Below, piece after piece: positions 28,109 through 37,657 of a stretch of DNA of 64,000 nt. The number at the start of each line of letters is the position of its first letter. Positions within the stretch are counted from its first letter, which is position 1. Made by a program: the position numbers and the translations under genes. The notes under the pieces are model-generated. The model did not search any database, had not been told where the DNA came from, and worked only from the letters and a program-made list of their open reading frames with translations. The stretch comes from Desulfobacterales bacterium (GTDB lineage Bacteria > Desulfobacterota > Desulfobacteria > Desulfobacterales > UBA5616): NCBI GenBank assembly GCA_046483495.1, contig JAWODC010000067.1:41627-105626 (forward strand), in the 5' to 3' direction.

Positions 28109-28918
28109 GTGATTATCGGCATCAATATCGGGAGAACGACAACCTATCTTGTGGGTTACGACGGCAAGCGAATGATTCACCCGATAATGGTAAAATCGGA
28201 TGATCCTGTCGCTTCCGCAGCCGGCGCACTGGGAAAGTTTTTATTCGAGAACGATTTCAAACCCTCGGATCTCGAACGGATTGCGTTGACAGGAATAGGT
28301 GCCGAGAAGATCGGTGATACCCTGCTTGGCCTTCCGGTCGAGTATATCAATGAGTTCGAGGCCATCGGCCGCGGCGGTACATTTCTTTCAAAAATTCCCA
28401 AAGCCATCGTCGTGGGTATGGGAACCGGAACGGCAATGGTGGAGGTGGATTCGGATAAAACGATCAACCACTGGGGCGGTTCAGGAATCGGTGGCGGAAC
28501 GCTGGTCGGATTATCGAAGTACATGTTGGGTATTACAGACATTTCGCTGTTGATGAAGAAGGCGGAAAAGGGCAGATTGGATAGGGTGGACCTCAGTGTG
28601 GGCGATATCGCCACGTCGGAAATCATCGGCCTTCCCGATACATTGACGGCTTCCAATTTCGGCAAATGTTCGGATGATGCTACGGAAAATGACCGGGCTC
28701 TGGCCATCATTTTTCTCGTTTACCAGACGATCGGCATCGTGTCCGCCGGAGCGGCGAGGGCTACAAACAACACCAAAATTATTCTTACCGGAAGGCTGGC
28801 CATTCTGCCGCCTGCGAGGCGCATTTTCGATGATATGGCGCGATTTTCAGGCATGAATTATATTATACCGCGGTTGGCTGAGTATGCGACGGCTGTAGGG
28901 GCTTCCATATCCATATAA
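28109..28918 (+). CDS. Type II pantothenate kinase-like protein (CoaW/Fumble family)
   Basis: EFEAIGRG, MGTGT, GGSGIGGGT, DLSVGDI, TASNFGK; GTG start; N-terminal motif degenerate. Confidence 0.75.
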   Translation: MIIGINIGRTTTYLVGYDGKRMIHPIMVKSDDPVASAAGALGKFLFENDFKPSDLERIALTGIGAEKIGDTLLGLPVEYINEFEAIGRGGTFLSKIPKAIVVGMGTGTAMVEVDSDKTINHWGGSGIGGGTLVGLSKYMLGITDISLLMKKAEKGRLDRVDLSVGDIATSEIIGLPDTLTASNFGKCSDDATENDRALAIIFLVYQTIGIVSAGAARATNNTKIILTGRLAILPPARRIFDDMARFSGMNYIIPRLAEYATAVGASISI

Positions 28919-29040
28919 TGTCCATCCAGAAGCGGCATCTTTCGGCCCGGAGCGGCGTTTTCGCCTTTTTGGAATCCTCAAAATAGTAGACTATTCCTGC
29001 GGTTCACGAACAACTGCGAAACAACGGAATTGCAAAGATG
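28917..29040 (+). repeat. Divergent copy D of the palindromic element, right end lost
   Basis: aatgtccatccagaa left end fused to the TAA stop; core aatcctcaaaatag-taga-ctattcctgcggtt. Confidence 0.8.
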
Positions 29041-29247
29041 AATGATTCAATCGAAGCCAAGTTGAAGCAGGAAATCGATAAAATAGCAGCGGATGTAAAA
29101 CAGATCATGGCGAGGGTGGAGGAAATCTATCCATCCCGAAAACCCGAAGCGGTATCCGATGCAAGCGAGACCGAGCGTGATGACGAAAATGCGGACGGCC
29201 CCGAATCGGGTGAAGAAAGCGTTGAAAAATCAAATACTTCCGATTGA
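29038..29247 (+). CDS. Small acidic hypothetical protein
   Basis: 69-aa ORF with helical N-terminus and D/E-rich tail; no clear RBS. Confidence 0.5.
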   Translation: MNDSIEAKLKQEIDKIAADVKQIMARVEEIYPSRKPEAVSDASETERDDENADGPESGEESVEKSNTSD

Positions 29248-29371
29248 ACCCTGAGCAAGTCCAAAGCAATAGTGTGAGCCGGTTATCGAGCGAAACGGCT
29301 CTTTTTCCGAATCGCAACAAACTCTCCATAATTGCAGGCCATCTCAAAATAAGGCAAAACCGCATGCTTTT

Positions 29372-29426
29372 CGGCCAATGCAGAAATGATTGGTGCCAAC
29401 CGGTTTCGGACTTCCGGTCAGGCACC
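29372..29426 (-). repeat. Possible degenerate inverted remnant of the palindromic element
   Basis: Reverse complement ggtgcctgaccggaa...catttctgcattggccg resembles the left arm. Confidence 0.4.
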
Positions 29427-29513
29427 CTGCACCTCTAAATTATTGCAGGATAAAGCTGCTTGTGCTATCAGGCCTCTATTTGCCCAATCGGTATGAATAT
29501 AAAGGAGCAGCAG

Positions 29514-30500
29514 ATGAAAGCGATCATAACGGGCATCAGTCATTTTGTCCCGGAACATACATTGACGAACCATGATCTGGAACACATGGTCGAGACCAAT
29601 GACGAATGGATCAGAACGAGGACCGGCATTAAGGAAAGAAGAATCCTCCCGAAGGATCTCGGTACATCCTACATGGCGGCGAATGCCGCACAATCGGTTT
29701 TACGCAAAACAGGCACATCGCCTGATGATCTGGACCTGATTATCGTCGCAACCGTAACTCCGGATATGATGTTCCCCAATACGGCGGCACTGGTGCAAAA
29801 GGAAATCAAGGCCGGTAACTGCTGGGGGTTCGATTTGAGCGCCGGATGTTCGGGATTCGTATATGCAATGGCAACAGGATCGCAGTTTATCGAAAGCGGA
29901 CGGCACAGAAAAGTCATGGTGATCGGTGCGGATAAAATGAGTGCGATTGTCAATTACGAGGATCGCAACACCTGTGTGCTGTTCGGAGATGCCGCCGGTG
30001 CCGTATTGCTTGAACCTTCATCGGATGATGAATACGGAATAACCGACTTTTCACTCCGACTGGATGGCGAAGGCGCTGATTCGTTGAACATGCCGGCAGG
30101 GGGCAGTTTGATGCCCGCCTCTTACGAAACGGTAAAGAACAAACTGCATTTTCTTTATCAGGACGGCAGGACCGTTTTTAAACACGCGGTTACACGTATG
30201 GCCGGCATAACCGCCTCTTTGCTGGAAAAAAATCGGATAAACAGACAAAATATTAAAGCGTTCATTCCCCATCAGGCAAACCTTCGCATCATCGACGCCG
30301 TTGCCAAAAAAATCGATCTCGATTCGGATCAGGTTATCATCAATATCGAGAAATACGGAAACACCACGGCCGCAACGATTCCTCTGGCAATGTCCGAGGC
30401 CCATGAAAACGGCGTGTTTCAACCGGGCGATTGGGTGATCATGGCGGCATTCGGCGCCGGATATACCTCCGGAAGCCTGCTGCTGAAATGGGCGATATAG
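29514..30500 (+). CDS. fabH: Beta-ketoacyl-ACP synthase III
   Basis: WIRTRTGIKERR, AGCSGF, FGDAAGA, PHQAN, GNTTAA; RBS AGGAG. Confidence 0.95.
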   Translation: MKAIITGISHFVPEHTLTNHDLEHMVETNDEWIRTRTGIKERRILPKDLGTSYMAANAAQSVLRKTGTSPDDLDLIIVATVTPDMMFPNTAALVQKEIKAGNCWGFDLSAGCSGFVYAMATGSQFIESGRHRKVMVIGADKMSAIVNYEDRNTCVLFGDAAGAVLLEPSSDDEYGITDFSLRLDGEGADSLNMPAGGSLMPASYETVKNKLHFLYQDGRTVFKHAVTRMAGITASLLEKNRINRQNIKAFIPHQANLRIIDAVAKKIDLDSDQVIINIEKYGNTTAATIPLAMSEAHENGVFQPGDWVIMAAFGAGYTSGSLLLKWAI

Positions 30501-30515
30501 AAGATGCAGCGATCG

Positions 30516-32312
30516 TCAATAATAATACCAGATCGATTTGTAGTCATCCGGATTTTCGCCGATCTCCCGCAATCGTTGTAAGTAATTGTAAATCGGCACA
30601 TCCTCATGAAGATAGGTCTGGGCCAGTTCGAGTTTTTTCTCCCACGGATGGAATTCATAAACCCGGCGGCCGTTGGGAAGGATCGATATGATATCATGAT
30701 GCTGACCGGCGCGCAGATAATTTTTTCCCAGACGGGGGAGGTTGAACACGATTTCATCGGTGCGCACCGTGCCGGGGAATAAACGGGCTTCTTCTTTTTG
30801 CTCCTGCAGCAGCCGGGCGATGGGGACCCTGAAGTCGTCTGTTTCCTCTTTGCCCTTGGTGCTGAATGTGTAATACGGTGTAACGCCGATCAGCCGTAAG
30901 GTCTGCCGGAGGAGGCACGCTTCGAATTTTCGCGAGTTAAAGAACGTATAGACGAGCTGATTATAAACATCTATGCCGCAAAGGCGGAATTTCTGAACCG
31001 CCTGCATGGCTTCCGGCGTAATTTCGTACGGATGTTCAAAATGGGTGACGATAACCACTTCACGTTTTCCGGGGACATGATAACGAGCGATATCGCCGGC
31101 CAGTTTATCGGTGATCCTCATGGGAAGGGTGACCGGTGTTCTGGTGCCGATTCGAACCCGTTGAACGTGGTCGATTTCCGAAATATGTTTCATCATGTCC
31201 CTGAGTCTGTTGTCGGACAGGATAAACGGGTCTCCACCCGTGATCAATACTTCATGAATCTCAGGCGTTTCACTGATCCAGGCGATGGCTTTTTGAAGCT
31301 TGTCCTTTGAAATAGCCACATCCGGGGCGGTGACATCTTTAATTTCCCAGTTTCTCTGGCAATAAACACAAATTTGAGGACAGGAGATCACCGGCTTCAA
31401 AATAACGATGCCTGGATAACGCCTCGTAATGCCGTCGATCGGAGAAGTGTCATGCTCCTGCATGAAATCCATCAAATGGCGGTTTTCGCGAAGCGCTTTC
31501 ATTTTTCGGACATAATGCATTGTCGGGATAACCTGAGCCCTGACGGCGTAATCGTTGACCCTTTTCGAGTCCCGATCCATCAATGACAGGTAATAAGGGG
31601 TTATGCCGAACGGGATTTTAAATTCGGAAGCCGATTTTACGGCCCGGTATTCGTCCTCTGTGAGATCGATGAGGTCGGCAAGTGCTTCGGCGTTTCGAAC
31701 GGCATGCCCCATTTGCCAGTTCCAGCTTTCCCACTGGGCGGCATCGGCATTGAAATAACTCAGGATGCGGCGCTTATTTCGTCGTCTGCGGGCAATGACA
31801 TGCTTTTCCAGTCCATTCGAGTAGGTCCCCATTCGTTTGTCTGCAGCCCGCATCATTCGGGAGAGATCCTCGGAACGCAGTTTTGCCGCTTTTCGGCCTG
31901 AGTGTTTTTGGAATGTGAGGGTTTTGCCGGAATAAATTCCTGATTTTAGAAAAATTCCTTTGATCAAGTGGTACACTTCAGCCAAGAATCCCGGTGAAGG
32001 TTCCGGCAGATCCTTTGAATCCGGTCGGTTTAACAAGTCATCGATGTACTGCAAAAAACTGTAGCCCGCCGCCTCCTCGTTTCGAACCGTCAGTATATTT
32101 TTCAAGACATTGATGGCATCCCGCGCCAGGATCCATTCCAATCGGGGAGTATCCATTTCTCGATCGTACGTTTTTAACGATATTCTATCCAGCAGGTGCA
32201 TGATTTGAATTCTCTTCGAATCCAGCGAATCGGTGGATAGGAATATATGCTTCAGCTCTGGAGAAAGCTCCAATACATCCAATATCCGCCTTCCGGCTCT
32301 GTCTGTTTTCAT
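30516..32312 (-). CDS. KamA-family radical SAM protein with long N-terminal extension
   Basis: PFGITPYYL, ITRRYP, CPQICVYC, LITGGDP, RIGTRTPV, HFEHPYE, PYY. Confidence 0.88.
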   Translation of the reverse strand: MKTDRAGRRILDVLELSPELKHIFLSTDSLDSKRIQIMHLLDRISLKTYDREMDTPRLEWILARDAINVLKNILTVRNEEAAGYSFLQYIDDLLNRPDSKDLPEPSPGFLAEVYHLIKGIFLKSGIYSGKTLTFQKHSGRKAAKLRSEDLSRMMRAADKRMGTYSNGLEKHVIARRRRNKRRILSYFNADAAQWESWNWQMGHAVRNAEALADLIDLTEDEYRAVKSASEFKIPFGITPYYLSLMDRDSKRVNDYAVRAQVIPTMHYVRKMKALRENRHLMDFMQEHDTSPIDGITRRYPGIVILKPVISCPQICVYCQRNWEIKDVTAPDVAISKDKLQKAIAWISETPEIHEVLITGGDPFILSDNRLRDMMKHISEIDHVQRVRIGTRTPVTLPMRITDKLAGDIARYHVPGKREVVIVTHFEHPYEITPEAMQAVQKFRLCGIDVYNQLVYTFFNSRKFEACLLRQTLRLIGVTPYYTFSTKGKEETDDFRVPIARLLQEQKEEARLFPGTVRTDEIVFNLPRLGKNYLRAGQHHDIISILPNGRRVYEFHPWEKKLELAQTYLHEDVPIYNYLQRLREIGENPDDYKSIWYYY

Positions 32313-32690
32313 CGCTTTATCCTCTAATTATAATGTTTCATTCTTACTCATAAAGCGCAGAATCAGGGGACGGTATGGTCCGACAACCTAAACCGGCGCA
32401 GCACCCGGCTCAATGTGTTTATAAGGACTGTGCCGTAACCTTTTGTCATGTCCCGGTGGGGATTTTGCACACGGTACAAAACCACCGCTCATTTTGGGCG
32501 TTATAAACCAAACCCAATCAAAAGGTTTCCCGTAAAAGGTGGGAAAATAAAATTGAATTCCAGTGCCTGTCAAAAAAGCACCATTTTCGGGTCCGGACAT
32601 GCGAAAATCCGAAAGCAACCGATTCCGGCGTCGGTTCGCCAAGTAGGAACTATTAAACCAAAAAAGCTGTGTTGAGTCAAATCGATAGAC

Positions 32691-32835
32691 AGTGCCCATC
32701 CAGAAATGGCTAATTCGCTCCATTTCGGCGTTGGCCGGTAAATTTTAATCCTCAAAATACTCAATGTATTCCTGTGGTTAAAATTTACCGGCCGCCTTGA
32801 ACGGAATCGAATTTTCTCATTTCCGGATGGGCACT
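32691..32835 (+). repeat. ~145-nt palindromic MITE/REP-like element, full copy B
   Basis: Terminal IR agtgcccatccagaaatg / catttccggatgggcact; inner stem ccggtaaattttaa / ttaaaatttaccgg. Confidence 0.92.
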
Positions 32836-32923
32836 GATAATATGGATAATATGTAGTCCATTACGAATCGTTAAAAGGCGGGGAAACGGAGGGCGGCAGC
32901 CCATCCTGCTTTAAAACAGGAAG

Positions 32924-34309
32924 TCACATGTCAATGCCGTATACCTTCATCTTGCTGAGTAAGGAAGGATGGCTGATTTCCAACAATTTCGACGCTTTGG
33001 TGCGATTGCCGGCGGTTGCCTCCAAGGCACGGTGAATCAGGCGCTTTTCGATTTCTTTCTGTGCCTCCTTAATGGAAAACCCTTCGAGAAAATCGTCGAT
33101 CCGTTTGTTGCCCGCTTTAATGCCCAAGGTCTCCGGCAGGTATTCGGGCAGCAGGATATTTTTTTCACAGAGAATGACGGCCCTTTCGATGACATTTTCC
33201 AGTTCGCGGACATTTCCGGGCCATGAATGTTTCATAAGACGGGCCATGGCGGAGGGCGAAATGACATCTATGGACCTGCCGATATCTTTGTTGAACTTCC
33301 GAACGAAAAGGCGGGCCAAAACGGGGATATCCTCGGGACGCTCGCGCAGAGGGGGCAATGTGATCGACATTACGTTCAATCGATAATACAGGTCTTCTCT
33401 AAAGCGATGGTCGGCGATTTCTTCTTCCAGGTTTTTGGCGGTAGCGGCGATTACCCGGACATCGATCTTCTGAAATTTGGCGTCTCCGACCGCCCTGACC
33501 TCCTTATCTTGAAGAACACGCAGGAGTTTGACCTGTAGAGAAAGGGGCATTTCCCCGATTTCATCGAGAAAAATCGTTCCGCCGTCCGCTTCCTGAAACA
33601 GACCGGCTCTGTCGGAATGCGCGCCGGTAAAGGCCCCTTTTTTGTATCCGAACAGCTCACTTTCCAGCAGGCTTTCCGGGATGCCGCCGCAATTTACCGG
33701 TATAAACGGGTTGCCGGCACGGTTGCCGTTATGGTGAATCCCCCTGGCTATAAGATCTTTGCCGGTGCCGCTCTCGCCTGAAATCAGCACGGTCGTATTC
33801 AACTGGGCAAGTTTTCGGGAAAGGACAAAAACATTTTCCATTTGCTTGCTTTTGGCCACCATATTTCCGAACCGGTAATTTTCTTCAATCTGTTTTACGC
33901 GTTGTTTTAACTTTACATTTTCTTGGCGAAGGCTCTCTCTTTCTTCGGCCTTTTTTAAGGCCAATATGATTTCATCGGCATTAAAAGGCTTCGATATGTA
34001 ATCATAAGCTCCTAGCTTCATAGCGGAAATGGCTGTTTCAATCGTGCCGTACGCGGACATCATAATCACGGTAGTCCCGCCGATATGATCCTGTATCCGG
34101 TTTAAAAATTCCATACCGTCCATATTCGGCATAATGACATCACACAGTACAAAATCGTACGGCGTTTCGGTCAGTTTGCTGATTCCGGAGTGCCCGTCGG
34201 CGGCCGTACACACCTCGTATCCCGCTTTGGTCAGCAAGCGGGAAAGCATGTGCCGCATATTTTCCTCATCATCGATGATGAGAATCCGATGGGGTGAGGC
34301 TTTTTTCAT
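32924..34309 (-). CDS. Sigma54-dependent response regulator (NtrC/AtoC family)
   Basis: Receiver domain (IIDDE, CDVIMP), GESGTGK, ESELFG, GAFTGA, FLDEIGE, WPGNVREL, Fis-type HTH. Confidence 0.95.
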   Translation of the reverse strand: MKKASPHRILIIDDEENMRHMLSRLLTKAGYEVCTAADGHSGISKLTETPYDFVLCDVIMPNMDGMEFLNRIQDHIGGTTVIMMSAYGTIETAISAMKLGAYDYISKPFNADEIILALKKAEERESLRQENVKLKQRVKQIEENYRFGNMVAKSKQMENVFVLSRKLAQLNTTVLISGESGTGKDLIARGIHHNGNRAGNPFIPVNCGGIPESLLESELFGYKKGAFTGAHSDRAGLFQEADGGTIFLDEIGEMPLSLQVKLLRVLQDKEVRAVGDAKFQKIDVRVIAATAKNLEEEIADHRFREDLYYRLNVMSITLPPLRERPEDIPVLARLFVRKFNKDIGRSIDVISPSAMARLMKHSWPGNVRELENVIERAVILCEKNILLPEYLPETLGIKAGNKRIDDFLEGFSIKEAQKEIEKRLIHRALEATAGNRTKASKLLEISHPSLLSKMKVYGIDM

Positions 34310-35861
34310 CGTGATTATCCTCCTCTTTCCGTGTTGAAATCAGCGGCAACCGGACCGTAATTTCTGCTCCCATCTCTTTTTTCCTGACAGCTTCCAGCCT
34401 TCCTCCTAAATTTTCGACCATCATATAACTTACCCACAATCCTAATCCCGTTCCCTTTCCCGGACTTTTTGTCGTAAAAAATGAATCGAAAATAGCATGT
34501 ATATCGTGTTCGGAGATGCCGCAACCGTTGTCTTCGATGGTGACGACCACCCATTCTCTGCAGGACCTTTCGGCGCCGGGCCCTTCTTCATTCCTTGTGG
34601 TGATGCTGATTTTTCCCGTGTCCATCGGGCATGCGGCCGAAACGGCATCTGCGGCGTTGATCAGAAGGTTCAGCAAAATCTGCCTCAAGGTGCTTTCATC
34701 CCCCATGATCATGTCCCGAGGGGCATCAGCCGAAAAATCGATATCGATTTGCCGCATCAAGGGAAGGATCCGGGCTACATCCACCATGTCGCCGATGACG
34801 TGATGAACGGAAACCGGTTCGGATTTTTCCATCCCCGGTCTTGAAAAGTCAAGCAATTGCCGAATGATGGTGTTGATTCGGTTGATTTCCTGTTCCAGGC
34901 GATCGAGAAACTCCAATTTTTCCGATTCAGTGAAATCTTTCTGCTTCAGCAGATCGAGATACCCCAGAATAATGCCGAGGGGATTTCCGATCTCGTGGGC
35001 AATGCCGGAAGAAAGCCTGCCTACCGTTGCCGCTTTCTCACATCGAATCACTTCTCTCTGCGCCTGTTTTAATTCGGCATTGGCATTTTCCAGGGAACTA
35101 ATGGTTTCGTTGAGCCTGGCTTTATCCGCCGATATGCGCAGAAGCATTCGATGCAAGGCGGCCGACAACCTCCCGAATTCATCGGTTCTCGAATCATCCA
35201 GAAAAACCGTTTCCTCATCTTCCCTGAACGTTTCAGCCCGTTTCAGAATGCGCTTGAGCGGATTGATCGTAATCCGCCGGATTTGAAAATAGCCGATGAG
35301 CGTCAGCAGCGCCAAATTGATGAACATATACGTCAACAGAACTTTCTGAATGTTTTGCAGCGGCTGATAGACCTGCTCCAAATGAAACACGATTCCCACT
35401 CCCCCGGAAGGCGGTGATCCGTCATTCAGCGGGTACGCCACAGCAAGGTATCGATGACGCTTCCAGAAAACGCCCCGTGTGGACCCGGTGAATCGGCGGA
35501 TTTTCATGTTTTGTGCAATCGATTGATGCAGGAGGTGTTCTATCCCTGTGATATCGGGGCATAGGGCATTGGAAAAGACCGTCTTAACGTTTTCATTCAT
35601 CAGCACCAGGCATTGCACCCCGGCTTCTCGGGAAAGCGCGATCATGTACTCTTCTGCAGTGCCGAAAGGCGTTGCCGGACCGATATCCCCGGACGGTCCG
35701 GCCTGCAGTGCCGAAAACAAGAGGTCGCCTTTGTCCGACAGGTTTTTGGTGACCAAGCTGGTAAAGCCGGTCATCAGCACCAGATTCACCAGCAGCATCG
35801 CAACGGCGACCATAACCAGAATGGAAACGATGATGTTGAATTTCAACCCTTTGAAAAACAA
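34269..35861 (-). CDS. Membrane sensor histidine kinase (HAMP, HisKA, HATPase)
   Basis: Two TM helices, DEFGRL, AHEIGNPL, NLLINA, DNGCG, FFTTK, GTGLGL; TTG start at 35861 with GAGGA RBS inferred. Confidence 0.9.
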   Translation of the reverse strand: MFFKGLKFNIIVSILVMVAVAMLLVNLVLMTGFTSLVTKNLSDKGDLLFSALQAGPSGDIGPATPFGTAEEYMIALSREAGVQCLVLMNENVKTVFSNALCPDITGIEHLLHQSIAQNMKIRRFTGSTRGVFWKRHRYLAVAYPLNDGSPPSGGVGIVFHLEQVYQPLQNIQKVLLTYMFINLALLTLIGYFQIRRITINPLKRILKRAETFREDEETVFLDDSRTDEFGRLSAALHRMLLRISADKARLNETISSLENANAELKQAQREVIRCEKAATVGRLSSGIAHEIGNPLGIILGYLDLLKQKDFTESEKLEFLDRLEQEINRINTIIRQLLDFSRPGMEKSEPVSVHHVIGDMVDVARILPLMRQIDIDFSADAPRDMIMGDESTLRQILLNLLINAADAVSAACPMDTGKISITTRNEEGPGAERSCREWVVVTIEDNGCGISEHDIHAIFDSFFTTKSPGKGTGLGLWVSYMMVENLGGRLEAVRKKEMGAEITVRLPLISTRKEEDNHDEKSLTPSDSHHR

Positions 35862-35983
35862 GATGCGTCCTCTCGAATAACCGCCCAACCGGAAGTGGCG
35901 TTCGTGCCGCACCGGCTCGTCGTGTCGGTTCTTTACATTCAGGGATTCGGCCCCGGATTTTCGAGAAAAAGGGCAATTTGCAT

Positions 35984-37270
35984 TTAAGATCGCTGTTCGA
36001 TGGGAATATACGTCTTCTCCGGCGATCCTGTATAGACCTGGCGGGGCCGGCCGAGCTTCCATTGCGGGTCGTCAAACCCCTCTTTCCATTGGGCGATCCA
36101 ACCGGGAAGTCTCCCAATGGCAAACATCACCGTAAACATGTTCGTCGGGATGCCGATGGCGCGCAGCACGATACCGCTGTAAAAATCGATATTGGGATAT
36201 AGATTGTGTTCAATAAAATACTCATCTTTCAGGGCGGCTTTTTCAAGCTCTACGGCCAGGTCAAGCAGCGGGTCCGATGTCTTTGTTTTTGCAAGAACTT
36301 TGTCGCACATGGTTTTCATGATCTTCGCACGGGGGTCATACGTCTTATAGACCCTATGGCCGAACCCCATCAACCTGAACGGATCATGTTTGTCCTTGGC
36401 CCGGCGAATGAGATCATTCACTTTTCCGCCGCTGTCCCTCAAGTTTTGAAGCATTTCGATCACCGCCTGGTTGGCCCCGCCGTGCAACGGCCCCCATAGG
36501 GCGGCGATGCCTGCGGATATGGAGGCATACAGATTGGCCCGGCTGCTTCCCACCATTCGAACCGTGGCGGTCGAACAGTTCTGTTCGTGGTCTGCATGAA
36601 GAATCCAAAATGTATTCAATGAGTTAACAACATCATTATCGATTTGATAAGACCTTACGGGGGAATCGAACATCATGTTCAGAAAATTGGCGCAGTATGA
36701 AAGATCCGGTCTGGGGTAAACCACCTTGTGCCCTTTTGAAATTTTATAGGACAAGGCAGCCAGCGTACGGACTTTGGAAAGGAGCCGGGTGACCGTTAGG
36801 TTTATTTCTTCTTCGATGATCGGAAGCTCCGGGTAAAAGCTTCTCAAGGCCGTCACCATGGACGAAAGAATGCCCATTGGATGGGATGCCCTGGGGAAAT
36901 TCTGGAAAAAAAACTGGAGATCTTCATGAACCAGTGACTGGTCATTTAATAGAACAGAAAAACGCGTGAGTTCGGAAGAGGTGGGAAGTCTGCCGTTTAT
37001 CAAAAGGTACGCGGTTTCCACAAAGCTTGAATGTTCGGCCAATTGTTCGATCGGAATGCCACGATAGCGCAAAATGCCTTTTTCACCATCCATGTACGTG
37101 ATCTTGCTGGTGCAGCTGCCGGTATTGGCAAACCCCGGGTCCAGCGTTATCAGCCCGGTTTTTTTCCGCAGCTGCGAAATGTCGATCGCTTTTTCATTTT
37201 CAGATCCTCTGATGAGGGGAAATGTAAATGTTTTACCCCGGTAAGTCATCGTAACAAATTCTTCTTCCAT
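35984..37270 (-). CDS. gltA: Citrate synthase
   Basis: DPGFANT, LRYRG, HADHEQN, GPLHGGAN, MGFGHRVY, PNIDFYSG. Confidence 0.96.
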   Translation of the reverse strand: MEEEFVTMTYRGKTFTFPLIRGSENEKAIDISQLRKKTGLITLDPGFANTGSCTSKITYMDGEKGILRYRGIPIEQLAEHSSFVETAYLLINGRLPTSSELTRFSVLLNDQSLVHEDLQFFFQNFPRASHPMGILSSMVTALRSFYPELPIIEEEINLTVTRLLSKVRTLAALSYKISKGHKVVYPRPDLSYCANFLNMMFDSPVRSYQIDNDVVNSLNTFWILHADHEQNCSTATVRMVGSSRANLYASISAGIAALWGPLHGGANQAVIEMLQNLRDSGGKVNDLIRRAKDKHDPFRLMGFGHRVYKTYDPRAKIMKTMCDKVLAKTKTSDPLLDLAVELEKAALKDEYFIEHNLYPNIDFYSGIVLRAIGIPTNMFTVMFAIGRLPGWIAQWKEGFDDPQWKLGRPRQVYTGSPEKTYIPIEQRS

Positions 37271-37343
37271 TGCCGTTCTCCCGTTAGATGCCGGTTTTCA
37301 AAAAATCCTGCGGCATTTCGTTGCTGAAAACAAAAACTGATCA

Positions 37344-37372
37344 CTTATACCCAAAAAGAAGGAAGGGGTCAA
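37344..37372 (-). promoter_or_regulatory. Sigma70-type promoter of gltA
   Basis: TTGACC-N17-TATAAG on the minus strand. Confidence 0.55.
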
Positions 37373-37657
37373 GAAAGCCCCCTTAACGACCGGGTGAACT
37401 TCCATATTTACTTCTTATTGCGCATGTGATAAAAAAACAAATAAATTGCAATGGATACAGCCGTTTTTGAAAAACTCTTTTGACGAAACGGTTTGCGAGC
37501 ATCTGAAGACAGGGTTTTTCCTGTTTTATCCACACGCAAATGCACATCGATATGCCCTGTTTTTCTTTCAAAATGACGCCGATGGCGGCCTGTGCCTTTG
37601 CCCCCGGCGTAATCGGGCGATTGACGACACCTTTAAACGGGAAGCATGGGGAAGGTC

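Noticed and set aside
32313..32690. Lysine riboswitch or sigma54 promoter upstream of the KamA-like gene
   Set aside because: No L-box core recognised; the best -24/-12 candidate (GGCACagtccTTAT) lacks the GC at -12
18200..32764. Short ORFs 18200..18382, 32388..32723 and 32570..32764 sharing ILRIKIYRPTPKWSE
   Set aside because: The shared peptide is simply the translated palindromic repeat; no sign of real coding
35880..35910. Further element remnants at 35880 (accgcccaaccggaagtggc) and 32571 (cagtgcctgtcaaaaaa)
   Set aside because: Similarity is too short to call without a profile search
35862..36062. Extended N-termini in the ORF track (kinase to 36062; similarly aspS to 45431, crotonase to 54766, rsmA to 39836)
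   Set aside because: They overlap neighbours or promoters; downstream starts with RBS and family-typical N-termini fit better
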